Counted from the stretch's first letter, positions 17,782 to 26,920 are shown. The stretch is 64,000 bases of DNA from an uncultured virus (IMG/VR IMGVR_UViG_3300008261_000010) (IMGVR_UViG_3300008261_000010); one strand, 5' to 3'. Numbers and translations: made by a program. Notes: generated by a model not told the origin, from the letters alone.

Positions 17782-18411
17782 ATGACCAAGATCAAGCCCC
17801 ACACCGCGACCGAACAGCAGCAGATCGCTCGGTTCATCAGTTGCCTGAACCAGGCGATGGTTTCCGGCCGGCATAGCCAGAGGGAGCTGTGTTTCAGGAT
17901 GGGTATAACGATCGGCTCGATGACGAAATACCTCAGGGGCAGCGTCGCCCCCTTGCGGGTTGGTCTTGGAATCCAGGCAGCGCTTGCCCATGAGCTGGGC
18001 GTCACGCTCGATGCCCTCTACGCGTACTACTGCACTGGCGAGTACGTCACCGATGTCACGGTCGAGCAAGTCGTCAGCTGGATCCGCAGCGATTCAGGGC
18101 AGGCGGATCTACCTGGGCTGATGGATTCACTCCGGGAAGCCGGCCAGCGCTGGGTGGGGGGAGCGCCTGAGCCCAAGGCTCTGCCAGCTGCCAAGCAAGC
18201 GGCGCCTTATACCTGGCCGATCGAGGAGCTGAAGGAGTGTGGTGTGAGTGAGGTCTTCCGTGAGCGCCTGGGGCTGACGGATGCAGCACTGCGCAAGCTG
18301 GCAACCAAGGGTGAGTTCACCGACGAACTGGCCGAGGCTTTTGGGATTGCTTGCAACTACAAGAAGGAAGCGGTGATCGAGGCCTTCAACAAGCGCGTCC
18401 CGGTTGCATGA
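17782..18411 (+). CDS. XRE-type helix-turn-helix transcriptional regulator
   Basis: SQRELCFRMGITIGSMTKYLRG...LAHELGVTLDAL; (GGA)4 RBS upstream. Confidence 0.75.
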   Translation: MTKIKPHTATEQQQIARFISCLNQAMVSGRHSQRELCFRMGITIGSMTKYLRGSVAPLRVGLGIQAALAHELGVTLDALYAYYCTGEYVTDVTVEQVVSWIRSDSGQADLPGLMDSLREAGQRWVGGAPEPKALPAAKQAAPYTWPIEELKECGVSEVFRERLGLTDAALRKLATKGEFTDELAEAFGIACNYKKEAVIEAFNKRVPVA

Positions 18412-18451
18412 GCCCCGAGGGGTGGTATGTTTGGCGAGCGAAAGAACCTGT

Positions 18452-18481
18452 GCGGGTCCTTGGTGGGACCCGCCTTTTTTA
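18452..18481 (+). terminator. Intrinsic terminator
   Basis: GCGGGTCC-ttggtg-GGACCCGC followed by a T run. Confidence 0.8.
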
Positions 18482-18511
18482 TGGCAATTAGCCCACAGCA
18501 ATAATTCCTGA

Positions 18512-18613
18512 GCACCCAGGCGGGAGTCGAACCCGCACCGCCGGTCTCACGTCAAAGCACCGCGTCCGGTACTGAGTGAGGGGCCGCCCTCTCCGGTTGG
18601 TTCGCACTGGGTG
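18512..18613 (-). ncRNA. tRNA-like RNA with extended, non-canonical anticodon arm
   Basis: Acceptor stem CACCCAG/CTGGGTG; T arm GCGGG-TTCGACT-CCCGC; weak D arm with GG; anticodon arm replaced by a long hairpin. Confidence 0.6.
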
Positions 18614-18619
18614 AATGAT

Positions 18620-18690
18620 GGCCCAACCGTGCAAGCAGGGGATTGGGCTCTATCAGCCCGATGCCTCATTTGAGGCAGAGCGGGTACTGA
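18620..18690 (-). ncRNA. Putative pseudoknotted structured RNA upstream of the tRNA-like element
   Basis: CCCG/CGGG, GCCTCA/TGAGGC and GCCCAATC/GGTTGGGC stems; CTCT/AGAG cross-pairing. Confidence 0.4.
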
Positions 18691-18934
18691 ATCAGCCTAA
18701 TGAGGCAGGGTGAGACGGGGTGTGACGCGCCTCTATAAGACTTTCTGGAGTGTTCTTCCCTTTCTGCTGGATAGATCAGCGGTGAAGAGCGAGCCCCCGG
18801 TGCTGGCTATGTCCGGGAACTCGCGAGCACACACGGTGCTCAGGTGGCAGCACAAGCGCAAGCTGTTGCGCGCTGCTGCTCCATGAATGCTAGCGGGAAG
18901 ATCTTTAGACTATCTGCAATGATTCAGTAGGAAC

Positions 18935-19345
18935 GTGCGCACGGCTGGGACTGCATTGGGTTACAGCAACCCAGCCGAGATGGCCGAGCTGGTTGCACGT
19001 TCTCCCAGTTTTGATTTGGGTTATCCCAAGGTCCCTGGCCGCGATCTTGAGGGCATTCCGAATGCGAATGATCCCGTGATGCGCGAGCGCCTGCGGCAGC
19101 GTCTTCTGAAGAATCCAGGTGGCGGCGAGGAGCTGCCGGGATTCCTGAAGAAAGCTGAGGGCGCAAGTCAGAGCGGGCCGGTGGCGATGGATTTGATTGT
19201 CGGCTCCCAGCAAGAAGGCGATTACTCGAACATGCCGGTGATCCCCGATGAGCAGGGTGATCAAATGAACTTCGATGCGCAGATGGAGGACTATCGCCGC
19301 CGGGTATTCCCGTCTGCGGTGTCGCCGGAATTGATCTATAGCTGA
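18935..19345 (+). CDS. Hypothetical protein with N-terminal RxAG motif
   Basis: GTG start, MRTAGTAL; TAGACT box at about 18906. Confidence 0.6.
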   Translation: MRTAGTALGYSNPAEMAELVARSPSFDLGYPKVPGRDLEGIPNANDPVMRERLRQRLLKNPGGGEELPGFLKKAEGASQSGPVAMDLIVGSQQEGDYSNMPVIPDEQGDQMNFDAQMEDYRRRVFPSAVSPELIYS

Positions 19346-19347
19346 CG

Positions 19348-20265
19348 ATGTCTGAACGTAAGGCTGGCTCGCAGCTGATCAGCTTCTTCTTGAACGATCC
19401 GCTTGGCGAGGAGTTACTCGAGGGAACTGCTGGCGGCTTGATCGCTGGTGCATCGCAGCTAGGCAGCGATCAAACCCTGGGTCAGACAGCCCTTGAGACC
19501 GCGGCTGCTATTGCAGGTGGCATTGGTCTGGGCATGGCCGGCCGGCGCCTGGGTGCCATGGCTGGCAAGCAATTACATAAGGGTCCGCTCAAGCAGCAGG
19601 ACTCGATGGTGGCGAACTTGGCGCGCACGCTGGGCTCTGAGACAACAGCCAGTGGCCTGAGGGATCAAGGTGTGGTGATGAAGTCCGCCGTGCAGGAGGC
19701 GTTGGTGAATGAGACATCAGCGCGCCTAGCCAGAGAGGCGATGGATAACCCGGCGGAATTCGCCAAGCGCTACGGCGTATCGGCCGAGCAGTTTGCTCAA
19801 ATGCTGCCGAACGTGAAAGCCGGACGGACAGCGGCAGCTGCAGCAGAGGCCTTGCGTGTGATGCCGCCTGAACTCAAGGAGCAGGCCCTGAAGAAGCTGT
19901 CGGAGTACGAGGCGGTTGAGCGACTGATCACGCAAAAGGCCGCAGGCAGTATGGATGAGTTGATCAAGGACGTCGCTGCCTCGGTTGATCGCGTACAAGG
20001 CGGGCTGGATCCTTCTGATCTCGAGGGACTGCAGGAAGTACTGAAAGGCCGCAACCCCAGTGATGCAATCCGCTCTCTGCTGAATCCAGCTCCGCCGATC
20101 ACGGGTGAGCAGGTCGGACGCGCGGTGGGCCGGATGATTGGCGATGAGGTGGGCGTTCTCGGTGGACTGGCCCTGGGCTCGGTGCTAGCGCAGCAGCTGG
20201 GAATGGACAGCCCGAAAGACAGAAAGATCCGCGAGCTCGAAGAACAGCTTGCTGGGAGGGCGTAA
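19348..20265 (+). CDS. Putative internal virion protein (Gly/Ala-rich)
   Basis: MSERKAGSQL; glycine-zipper hydrophobic segments. Confidence 0.55.
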   Translation: MSERKAGSQLISFFLNDPLGEELLEGTAGGLIAGASQLGSDQTLGQTALETAAAIAGGIGLGMAGRRLGAMAGKQLHKGPLKQQDSMVANLARTLGSETTASGLRDQGVVMKSAVQEALVNETSARLAREAMDNPAEFAKRYGVSAEQFAQMLPNVKAGRTAAAAAEALRVMPPELKEQALKKLSEYEAVERLITQKAAGSMDELIKDVAASVDRVQGGLDPSDLEGLQEVLKGRNPSDAIRSLLNPAPPITGEQVGRAVGRMIGDEVGVLGGLALGSVLAQQLGMDSPKDRKIRELEEQLAGRA

Positions 20266-20267
20266 TC

Positions 20268-21287
20268 ATGGCAACACGCAAGGCTGGTGCTTCACTTCTC
20301 AAGCAGGCCTACCTGGCTGAACTGGCAAAGCGGGACGTGGAGCCAGGCGCGCTCGGCGCCGATGGCGTGGCCCTGCAAGAGATGCTTGCCCAGCACGGAT
20401 CGGTCGCCCTGGGCAGTAGCGACCTGAGGGAGCTGTTGCTGGGTGCAGCGAGCCAGCGCAGGACCGCGGAGATGAGCACTGCCGAGAAGCTTGGGGTGAT
20501 TGAGCGTTACCTCCAGGACAGCTATGGCGATGCAGCTCCCGTACTACTGCCGGTTCAAGACCGCGCTGGCGTCTACGGCGCTTCCATGATTGACGGCGAT
20601 CGAATGATCGTTCATGGCCTCAGTCGAGCAGCGGAGACGCCGTTCGGCGATGGAGGAGATCTTTCATTTGCACCAGCTGCCGTACCGGGACTGGTTCATG
20701 TTGTCGAGGCGACTCCGATCCTTACCGCCCCAGGCGCTGATCCGATTGCGACATACGCAAATGCGATGTCTGTAGATACGGCGAGGAAGTTGTATGGAGC
20801 GGCCCAGTCCGAAGGATTCGCCAGGGTAGATGGGGCGTTGGAAGATTGGTCCATGGGGACGGGCGTGAGCGCGCAAAGCGGGCCAGTGGTGCAACGCCTG
20901 TTTCAGCAGCTGCAACAAAAGCAACCCATGACGGCTCGTCCGCAAGGCCGCCCACCGTTCGAAATCGTTCCGAGTCGAGGCGCCGGCGCGTATTACGACG
21001 TGTACGGCATGAGGGAAGGGGTCAGAAATATGGGGAATGCTCGACTTCCGGGTGAGCCAGGCTGGCTTGGCAACCCATATGCCGCTGATGACGCCGGTGG
21101 TCGCTACACGCGCCAGCAGGCAACAGATATGTTCGGGCAGCTTGTGGAGCAGAAGGCGCAAGACCCGGCCTGGCGTGATGCGTTCCTTGCCTTGAAGGGT
21201 AGGCGGATCGGCTACTACAAGCCAGATGAACAGGTAATTCACCTACATGCTCTGCAGGACTGGATTACTCGTAACGCAGGTGGCTGA
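20268..21287 (+). CDS. Protein with C-terminal DUF4326-like domain
   Basis: MATRKAGASL; GWLGNPY...LKGRRIGYYKP...IHLHAL. Confidence 0.6.
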   Translation: MATRKAGASLLKQAYLAELAKRDVEPGALGADGVALQEMLAQHGSVALGSSDLRELLLGAASQRRTAEMSTAEKLGVIERYLQDSYGDAAPVLLPVQDRAGVYGASMIDGDRMIVHGLSRAAETPFGDGGDLSFAPAAVPGLVHVVEATPILTAPGADPIATYANAMSVDTARKLYGAAQSEGFARVDGALEDWSMGTGVSAQSGPVVQRLFQQLQQKQPMTARPQGRPPFEIVPSRGAGAYYDVYGMREGVRNMGNARLPGEPGWLGNPYAADDAGGRYTRQQATDMFGQLVEQKAQDPAWRDAFLALKGRRIGYYKPDEQVIHLHALQDWITRNAGG

Positions 21288-21289
21288 CC

Positions 21290-21418
21290 ATGGCTATTCG
21301 TAAAGCCGGAGAGAAGCTCGCTGATGCCTGCTGGAAGGGCTATGAGGCGATTGGCATGAAGATGAAAGACGGCAAGCGAGTGCCCAACTGCGTGCCCAAG
21401 AAGGAGGGCGAGCGTTGA
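21290..21418 (+). CDS. 42-aa CWKGY...VPNCV phage peptide (not in ORF track)
   Basis: Read manually: MAIRKAGEKLADACWKGYEAIGMKMKDGKRVPNCVPKKEGER*; TGATG coupling to next gene. Confidence 0.75.
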   Translation: MAIRKAGEKLADACWKGYEAIGMKMKDGKRVPNCVPKKEGER

Positions 21419-21954
21419 TGACTAACGGGCGGATCTATGCAGGAATCGGAGCCAGGGCTACCCCACCCGAGGTGCTGGAGCTGATGACGCGGCTAGCAAA
21501 CCAGATGGAAGGCGAAGGCTGGAGACTACGTAGCGGCGGCGCTCGAGGTGCTGATGCCGCATTTGAGGCAGGCGTACAAGAGCCTGCCAATCGAGCGATC
21601 TACCTTCCGGGTCAATCGTTCAATGGCCGAGCTGCGGGGGCAGCCGGGTACATCGACAGCACACAGTTGCCCGGCTGGCAGCAGGCATTGGAGACCGTGG
21701 CGGAATACCACCCTGCGCCTGATCGGTTGTCGCCGTTTGCCAGGAACTTAATGGCGCGAAACGCGATGCAGATCTTGGGTCCGAACATGGATCGCCCCGC
21801 TGATCTTGTGGTGGCGTACACCCCAGGTGGAGTGGTGCAGGGAGGCACTGGCCAAGCCTTGCGAATGGCCGGATCGATGGGAATTCCGATTCGAAACCTC
21901 GGAAATCCGGATGTTATGGCCAGCGTGATGAGGTATCTGGGGGTAACCCCATGA
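21418..21954 (+). CDS. SLOG-superfamily (DprA/Smf-like) protein
   Basis: YAGIGAR...LRSGGARGADAAFEAG...MARNAMQILG...GGTGQALR. Confidence 0.85.
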   Translation: MTNGRIYAGIGARATPPEVLELMTRLANQMEGEGWRLRSGGARGADAAFEAGVQEPANRAIYLPGQSFNGRAAGAAGYIDSTQLPGWQQALETVAEYHPAPDRLSPFARNLMARNAMQILGPNMDRPADLVVAYTPGGVVQGGTGQALRMAGSMGIPIRNLGNPDVMASVMRYLGVTP

Positions 21955-22502
21955 CAGCCCTGGGGGACTGGGGCTGGACGGGTGATGCCGCTGCGATGGA
22001 CTGGGAGTATGCCCAGCGTCCCGGTGATCACAACTATTCGATCGCCTACGCCAGGGCCCGGCAACTGGGAGTGCCGCATGAGTTAGCTGTGCAGTCTGCT
22101 CAGCGGCAGGTCTACAACGAGGTGCGCTCGCAGAACCCAGAGCCGGAGAACGCTCGCAATCGGAGCTTCGGGGTGAAGCCTCTGTACTCCACACTGCCTG
22201 CCCTGGCTGCGCAGCAAGCTGCGGTGGCGGAGCTCGAGCAAGCACCAGTGCCCGTTGCTCCTAGCGGGCGGCGAATTGCGATGCGCTACGGCCTGCCTGC
22301 TCTGGCAGCGTTAGGTGGACTGTATGCACTATCTGCATTAAGTCAACCGAGAAGCGAAGTAGAACAGGAAAGCTACGTGCAAGCGAACACACCTGGAAGG
22401 GATCCCCGGGATTACCGCTACTCCGACGGCACATGGCGTAGCGAGACCCTGCCGCAGGGCGTCAGCATTGATCAAGCGATCAAAGATGGGACCTGGAGCT
22501 AG
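21951..22502 (+). CDS. Hypothetical protein with one TM segment
   Basis: ATGA coupling; GLPALAALGGLYALSAL. Confidence 0.55.
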   Translation: MTALGDWGWTGDAAAMDWEYAQRPGDHNYSIAYARARQLGVPHELAVQSAQRQVYNEVRSQNPEPENARNRSFGVKPLYSTLPALAAQQAAVAELEQAPVPVAPSGRRIAMRYGLPALAALGGLYALSALSQPRSEVEQESYVQANTPGRDPRDYRYSDGTWRSETLPQGVSIDQAIKDGTWS

Positions 22503-22504
22503 CG

Positions 22505-22795
22505 ATGGCTGAGATCCGCTACGCCGGTGAAGTTTTCCAGGGTTACAACAAGCCCAAGCGAACACCGGGTGATTCAAAGAAGTTTGCTGTCCTGGTGAAG
22601 GACGACGACGGCGATGACAAGATCGTGCGCTTTGGTGATCCCTCGATGCAGAACTTCCGTAACGGCCCAGGCGGTCGCGGTGGCCATGGCGATGAGGATA
22701 GGAACGAGAACTTCCAGGCTCGTCATAACTGCGACGAGAAGGATGACCCTACGACTCCTGGGTATTGGAGCTGCAAGTGGTCATGGAAAGCATAG
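22505..22795 (+). CDS. Conserved small viral protein (KKFAV...VRFGD...F.ARH.C...YWS family)
   Basis: KKFAVLVK, IVRFGDP, NFQARHNC, PGYWSC motifs; MAEIRYAG N-terminus. Confidence 0.7.
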   Translation: MAEIRYAGEVFQGYNKPKRTPGDSKKFAVLVKDDDGDDKIVRFGDPSMQNFRNGPGGRGGHGDEDRNENFQARHNCDEKDDPTTPGYWSCKWSWKA

Positions 22796-22829
22796 GTAGA
22801 CTTGGGTTTCTAGTGGACGGACTGTACTG

Positions 22830-23108
22830 ATGGATGCGCTTCAGTCGTTGATCAATCAGGAAGCGGCAAGACGCGGTCTACCCGTAGCAGCTCAGTCAAA
22901 AGACTTGTTCTCGCAGCTCCTTGATGCGCCAATTGGCGGTGGGATAGCAGTTCAAAAGAAGCCTCAAACCCCAATGGGGTATGCAGTGCTGGACGGGATC
23001 ACAAAGATGATCCCCAGGGTGGGAATGGTGAAAAGCGTCCTAGATGCAGGCCCTGTAGCAGATGGAACCCTTGAGCACGCTCGCAAGATGGGTTGGCTAG
23101 GGAACTAG
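22830..23108 (+). CDS. Hypothetical protein
   Basis: ORF; C-terminal PVADGTL motif; TAGACT box upstream. Confidence 0.55.
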   Translation: MDALQSLINQEAARRGLPVAAQSKDLFSQLLDAPIGGGIAVQKKPQTPMGYAVLDGITKMIPRVGMVKSVLDAGPVADGTLEHARKMGWLGN

Positions 23109-23136
23109 GTCCATGCCCTAGTGGACTTTCTAGGAT

Positions 23137-24546
23137 TTGAGTAACGCAAAAACTTCGATGGCGCCTCGTAGTCCGAGCAATAAGCGGAGTTCTGTCTTGG
23201 GGCTCGGGGAAGAATTCGTTAAGCCGTACGGCCTCGATGTCCAGCCACCGCTTGAATCTGGGCCGTTTGCGATCCATGATGCAGGGCATCGTTTCTCAAA
23301 CGTCCCAGCAACGGTCTACGGCGAGCTTTTGGAGAATGTCGCAGACCATGCAGCACTCGACAAGCTGTATGCATCAGGCGCTGTTCACTCCTACCCCGCC
23401 TATTACGGAACTAAGTTCGCGGGGACAGGTACGCCTGACTACAGTCGATTTGTGAACTATGGCGGCATGCCGGACCGCGAAGACTTCACGCTGCGCAAGC
23501 TGCAGATGATCGAGATGGGGGCCGACCCCAAAGAGTTCGAGCCTGGACAAGAGTTTAGCTGGGAGAACAAGCTGGCGAGTTCCCTGAAGGCCAATCAGGA
23601 CGACCTGTCGCGCGTCTTCGGTATGGCGGAGCGCTCCTTTAAGAAGGGCGATCTTGATTTCATGGATGGGGGTGAATTCGACTGGGATCAGGGGTTTATG
23701 CCTACACCTCAGACACGAAACACCCGCGCGATCTCCGACCTCGACGTCGGCACGGCGCGCATCCGTGGCGAGAAGTATGCGGACGAATTGATCCAGGGCT
23801 ATCAGCGCGCTGTCGACGAAGGCCGATACACCCCCCGGCGCGGGACTCCAGGCGGGGCTGTCCACGCATCTGACCTGTCAGATGCGGCGATGAGCGGCAA
23901 GCTGGAGATCGGTCGGGGCTGGGCTGATGAGGGGATCTTCCCCTATGAGGACAAGCTCAGCGCCTTGTCGAATCCACCGGCAAGGATCCCGGACACGTAC
24001 GAGAAGGGTATGGTCACCCGTTTGGCGGAAGACGCCCGGGGAGCTCGGGCGCTGAACCGAGTCAAGGGCGCGGTGGCGAGCGGCTTCAATGCGACGGCCG
24101 ACCTGGCGGGATCAGTCCCACTGTTTGACCCTGAGTTCCGGCAAGCTGTTGAGCGCGGCGATGTTCGTAAAGCCGGCGAGCAATTGGCCAAGGAGTATCT
24201 CGGAGGCACGGCCGCCGCTGCGGTGATGGGGCTAGGCACAGGATCGGCAGCACGCTTGGCGCCGCAAGCGACCGCTGCCGTGTTGCCGGTTGTCGCTGGT
24301 ACAACGCGCATTGCCAATCCTGTTGCGGTCGTCTCTCAGTTGGGCGGCAGCAGTAAGTCATCGAAGCGACAGGAGGCCGTGGAGCGTCAGCAGAACCCTG
24401 TTGCATTCGGAGCACAGGGTCCCAGCGCCGATCCGCAGCTCTTGAGAGCGGAAGCAGCACGACGTCGTGGCGGTCGCTGGAAGATCGGAGGTTGGACATT
24501 GCCAGAACTTGGCCTCAGTGAAGCGGGCGGATTGTTCTTCCGCTAG
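23137..24546 (+). CDS. Large hypothetical protein, possible HExxH-like (HDAGH) metallopeptidase-like N-terminus
   Basis: 469-aa ORF; IHDAGH...GELLE; Ala/Gly-rich C-terminus. Confidence 0.5.
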   Translation: MSNAKTSMAPRSPSNKRSSVLGLGEEFVKPYGLDVQPPLESGPFAIHDAGHRFSNVPATVYGELLENVADHAALDKLYASGAVHSYPAYYGTKFAGTGTPDYSRFVNYGGMPDREDFTLRKLQMIEMGADPKEFEPGQEFSWENKLASSLKANQDDLSRVFGMAERSFKKGDLDFMDGGEFDWDQGFMPTPQTRNTRAISDLDVGTARIRGEKYADELIQGYQRAVDEGRYTPRRGTPGGAVHASDLSDAAMSGKLEIGRGWADEGIFPYEDKLSALSNPPARIPDTYEKGMVTRLAEDARGARALNRVKGAVASGFNATADLAGSVPLFDPEFRQAVERGDVRKAGEQLAKEYLGGTAAAAVMGLGTGSAARLAPQATAAVLPVVAGTTRIANPVAVVSQLGGSSKSSKRQEAVERQQNPVAFGAQGPSADPQLLRAEAARRRGGRWKIGGWTLPELGLSEAGGLFFR

Positions 24547-24860
24547 CTGGTGGTGCCGCGAAACCAGCGTTGCTTGCTGCTGAACCAGGCGGCCAGCGTG
24601 GCGGGATCTTGCGGGCCAACCAGGTGATCACTGGGATCGGGTTCACCCAGGTCCATGGCTTGACAGAAGGCGTCCAAGCCCTCGGCTGGCGTGTCACCTT
24701 GGATGGCAGATCGGCGTGCTTGCCTTAGCCAGGTATCGACGGTGGGATTGCGAGATGCCAGCTTTTGCACCCAGGCCATGTCGCTGAGTTCAACAGAACC
24801 GCCCTTGGCGATTCGATCACAAATGAACTCAACGCGCAGCCTGGTTTGTGTTGACAGCAT
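24543..24860 (-). CDS. Conserved cyanophage hypothetical protein
   Basis: MLSTQTRLRVEFICDRIAKG...LSDMAWVQKLA...WLRQARR. Confidence 0.65.
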   Translation of the reverse strand: MLSTQTRLRVEFICDRIAKGGSVELSDMAWVQKLASRNPTVDTWLRQARRSAIQGDTPAEGLDAFCQAMDLGEPDPSDHLVGPQDPATLAAWFSSKQRWFRGTTS

Positions 24861-24927
24861 CCAAGCGCTGCATGTCAATGAAGTCTAAGAAGAGTGATCT
24901 CCGTGGGATCTGCCGCCGGCAATGTCA

Positions 24928-25716
24928 TCACGCAGGCTGCAACACCTTGCACTCGCCGGCCATGGATTCGAGTTGTTGTCGCTCGAGCTTCTCCTGCTCG
25001 ATCAGTTCGTAGTACTTGCGGACCTTCTGCAGCCATTTGATCCGGTAGTGGATCAGGTCATCGCCGTGCAGGTAGAAGGACTGATCGGTCTCGGGCGTGG
25101 AGACCAGGATCTGAGCGCAGTCAATACTGAGGTTCAAGGTCTCCTTGCAGGCCAGGGCATAGGCAGCCAGCTGAACGGAGCATTTGTTGAACTTGTTCCA
25201 GCCGGTGAAGTTGGAGCGGTCCTTCTCTTTGGGGTAGAAGCGGCAGTAGGGCTGATTGCTGGTCTTAAAGTCAGCGAGGATCGTGACGCCATTGCGCACA
25301 CCGATCAGGTCCGGGCAGCCGGCATAGCCATGCTCATGGGACCAAATGCGGTGGATGCCGTCATCGCCGGAGCAGAACTTCCACTCGGGCCGCAGCGGCT
25401 TTTCGCTCCAGAGGAAGTAGTCGTATTTATCGAGGTGCTTGGAGAGGCCGTCCCAGAAGGGGCGGTATTCATCCGGGATTTCGGTGGGTAGCCCGCGGAT
25501 GTAGCGCTCGCAGGCGTAGTGCACAGCAGTGCCCCGGGCCGCTGCAGCTTCTTTACCGCCGGGATTTTTAAGCCCCCAGTTATGGAGGGCTTTCTTGCTG
25601 GCCTCGGATGCGGTCTTGCCGAGGATCGCGGTGACCGAAGCGTAGGCTTTGTTGGGATCGTCGCCAGAGCGATAGAAGCGAGTGCCGTCTACCTCAAAGC
25701 GTGTAGCGACGGCCAC
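24928..25716 (-). CDS. PD-(D/E)xK exonuclease
   Basis: YASVTAIL, RGTAVH, YAGCPDL, ADFKTS, QLAAYA. Confidence 0.88.
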   Translation of the reverse strand: MAVATRFEVDGTRFYRSGDDPNKAYASVTAILGKTASEASKKALHNWGLKNPGGKEAAAARGTAVHYACERYIRGLPTEIPDEYRPFWDGLSKHLDKYDYFLWSEKPLRPEWKFCSGDDGIHRIWSHEHGYAGCPDLIGVRNGVTILADFKTSNQPYCRFYPKEKDRSNFTGWNKFNKCSVQLAAYALACKETLNLSIDCAQILVSTPETDQSFYLHGDDLIHYRIKWLQKVRKYYELIEQEKLERQQLESMAGECKVLQPA

Positions 25717-25766
25717 TCACCAGCATGCTGCTGTATGTAATGTAACGAGTTGTTAACTATCGGCCA

Positions 25767-26030
25767 TTAAGAAGCCTGATTGTCGCTCCACGCCGAGGAG
25801 CCGGGTGGGCCATCGGTGTCACTGAGGTGGGCAATGGCTTGAACATTGATGACCGGTGTAGGGCCATAGCCGACATTGATCTTCCAGCGGCAGCCATCGG
25901 CATCCACCAGGCTGGTCATGCCAGGACTTTCGCGGGCCATGATCAGCAGCGCGGTCTTGGCGTCTTGGTAGGCGATCTGGGCGTCTTGCATACCGCGCCA
26001 GTAGCGGTAGATCTCCAGAGGGCTAGCCAT
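25767..26030 (-). CDS. Hypothetical protein
   Basis: Coupled ORF in the minus-strand operon. Confidence 0.5.
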   Translation of the reverse strand: MASPLEIYRYWRGMQDAQIAYQDAKTALLIMARESPGMTSLVDADGCRWKINVGYGPTPVINVQAIAHLSDTDGPPGSSAWSDNQAS

Positions 26031-26322
26031 CGTTGATGACCTCCAGGCACATGGCGCGCTCCTCGGGGGTCAGGCCTCTGCCGCCGTAGCCCTCAAAGCT
26101 CGCCGACTGCAGGAGAAGCTGGGCCGCTTCCAGGAGCTTGGGGAGTTCTTCTGGGTCGAGGACCACATGGCCCTCCATGCCTTGGGAGTGCTGCTTGATT
26201 GAGATGAAGTAACCGCCTCCCATGTCATCAAGGGAAACGACAGTGGCCTCCGGCGTGGTTAGCGGGTTGTCGCCCGGGCGGTGGATGGTGACCTGGGTGA
26301 TGGTGCAGATGTAGTCGCTCAT
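26023..26322 (-). CDS. Hypothetical phage protein
   Basis: ATVVSLDDMGGGYFISIKQ motif; coupled ORF. Confidence 0.6.
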   Translation of the reverse strand: MSDYICTITQVTIHRPGDNPLTTPEATVVSLDDMGGGYFISIKQHSQGMEGHVVLDPEELPKLLEAAQLLLQSASFEGYGGRGLTPEERAMCLEVINDG

Positions 26323-26756
26323 GACTCCTCAGCTGCGGCCTCGCCTTTGGACCAGGGGTCGTCGATGAGCTCGGTCTGCTCTTCGAGGTAGTCGAAGCTG
26401 CCCTGCTGGGAGCGATACGCCGAAAGCTCGTCGAGCAGTTGGCGGGCGAGCATGGTGCCGCCTTTGATCAACTCATTGATATCGGCAGCGCCCATATCCA
26501 TGCGCTGGGCCAGGAGTGGGCCCATGAGCGCCAGGTAGGCCAGGGTCATTTGGTCACACTGATAGGCGGAGAAAGAAGCACCGCCAGATGTGAAACCGTT
26601 GATTAAATAGGTGAGGTTTTCAAGCTGATCTGTGTGCATTCGCTGACCTTCAATCAGCTTGATCAGCAGCTGATTGGTGGTTTGCAGCTCTGCAAGAAGC
26701 AGCTTGCTGGTATCAAAGAGGGTCAGATTCTCCGAAATCGGAGGCGTCGAGGTCAT
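26319..26756 (-). CDS. Hypothetical protein
   Basis: Likely start MTSTPP at 26756; ATGA coupling. Confidence 0.55.
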   Translation of the reverse strand: MTSTPPISENLTLFDTSKLLLAELQTTNQLLIKLIEGQRMHTDQLENLTYLINGFTSGGASFSAYQCDQMTLAYLALMGPLLAQRMDMGAADINELIKGGTMLARQLLDELSAYRSQQGSFDYLEEQTELIDDPWSKGEAAAEES

Positions 26757-26920
26757 GGAAAATGTCTCCTTGAAAGGCGCGAGCAAAGAGGAGGGCGTAG
26801 CGCTGTATTGGGGGTACTAGAGCCCAAGTAGCGTTAATGGCATTGGCCTCATGGCGTTGCTGAATGGCGCGGACGTCTGCACTGTTGCGAGCCGAGCAGA
26901 GCTCAAGAAGGATCTGAGGG

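Noticed and set aside
18512..18613. Canonical tRNA with an assignable anticodon
   Set aside because: There is no 5-bp stem / 7-nt loop anticodon arm, so no amino acid can be assigned.
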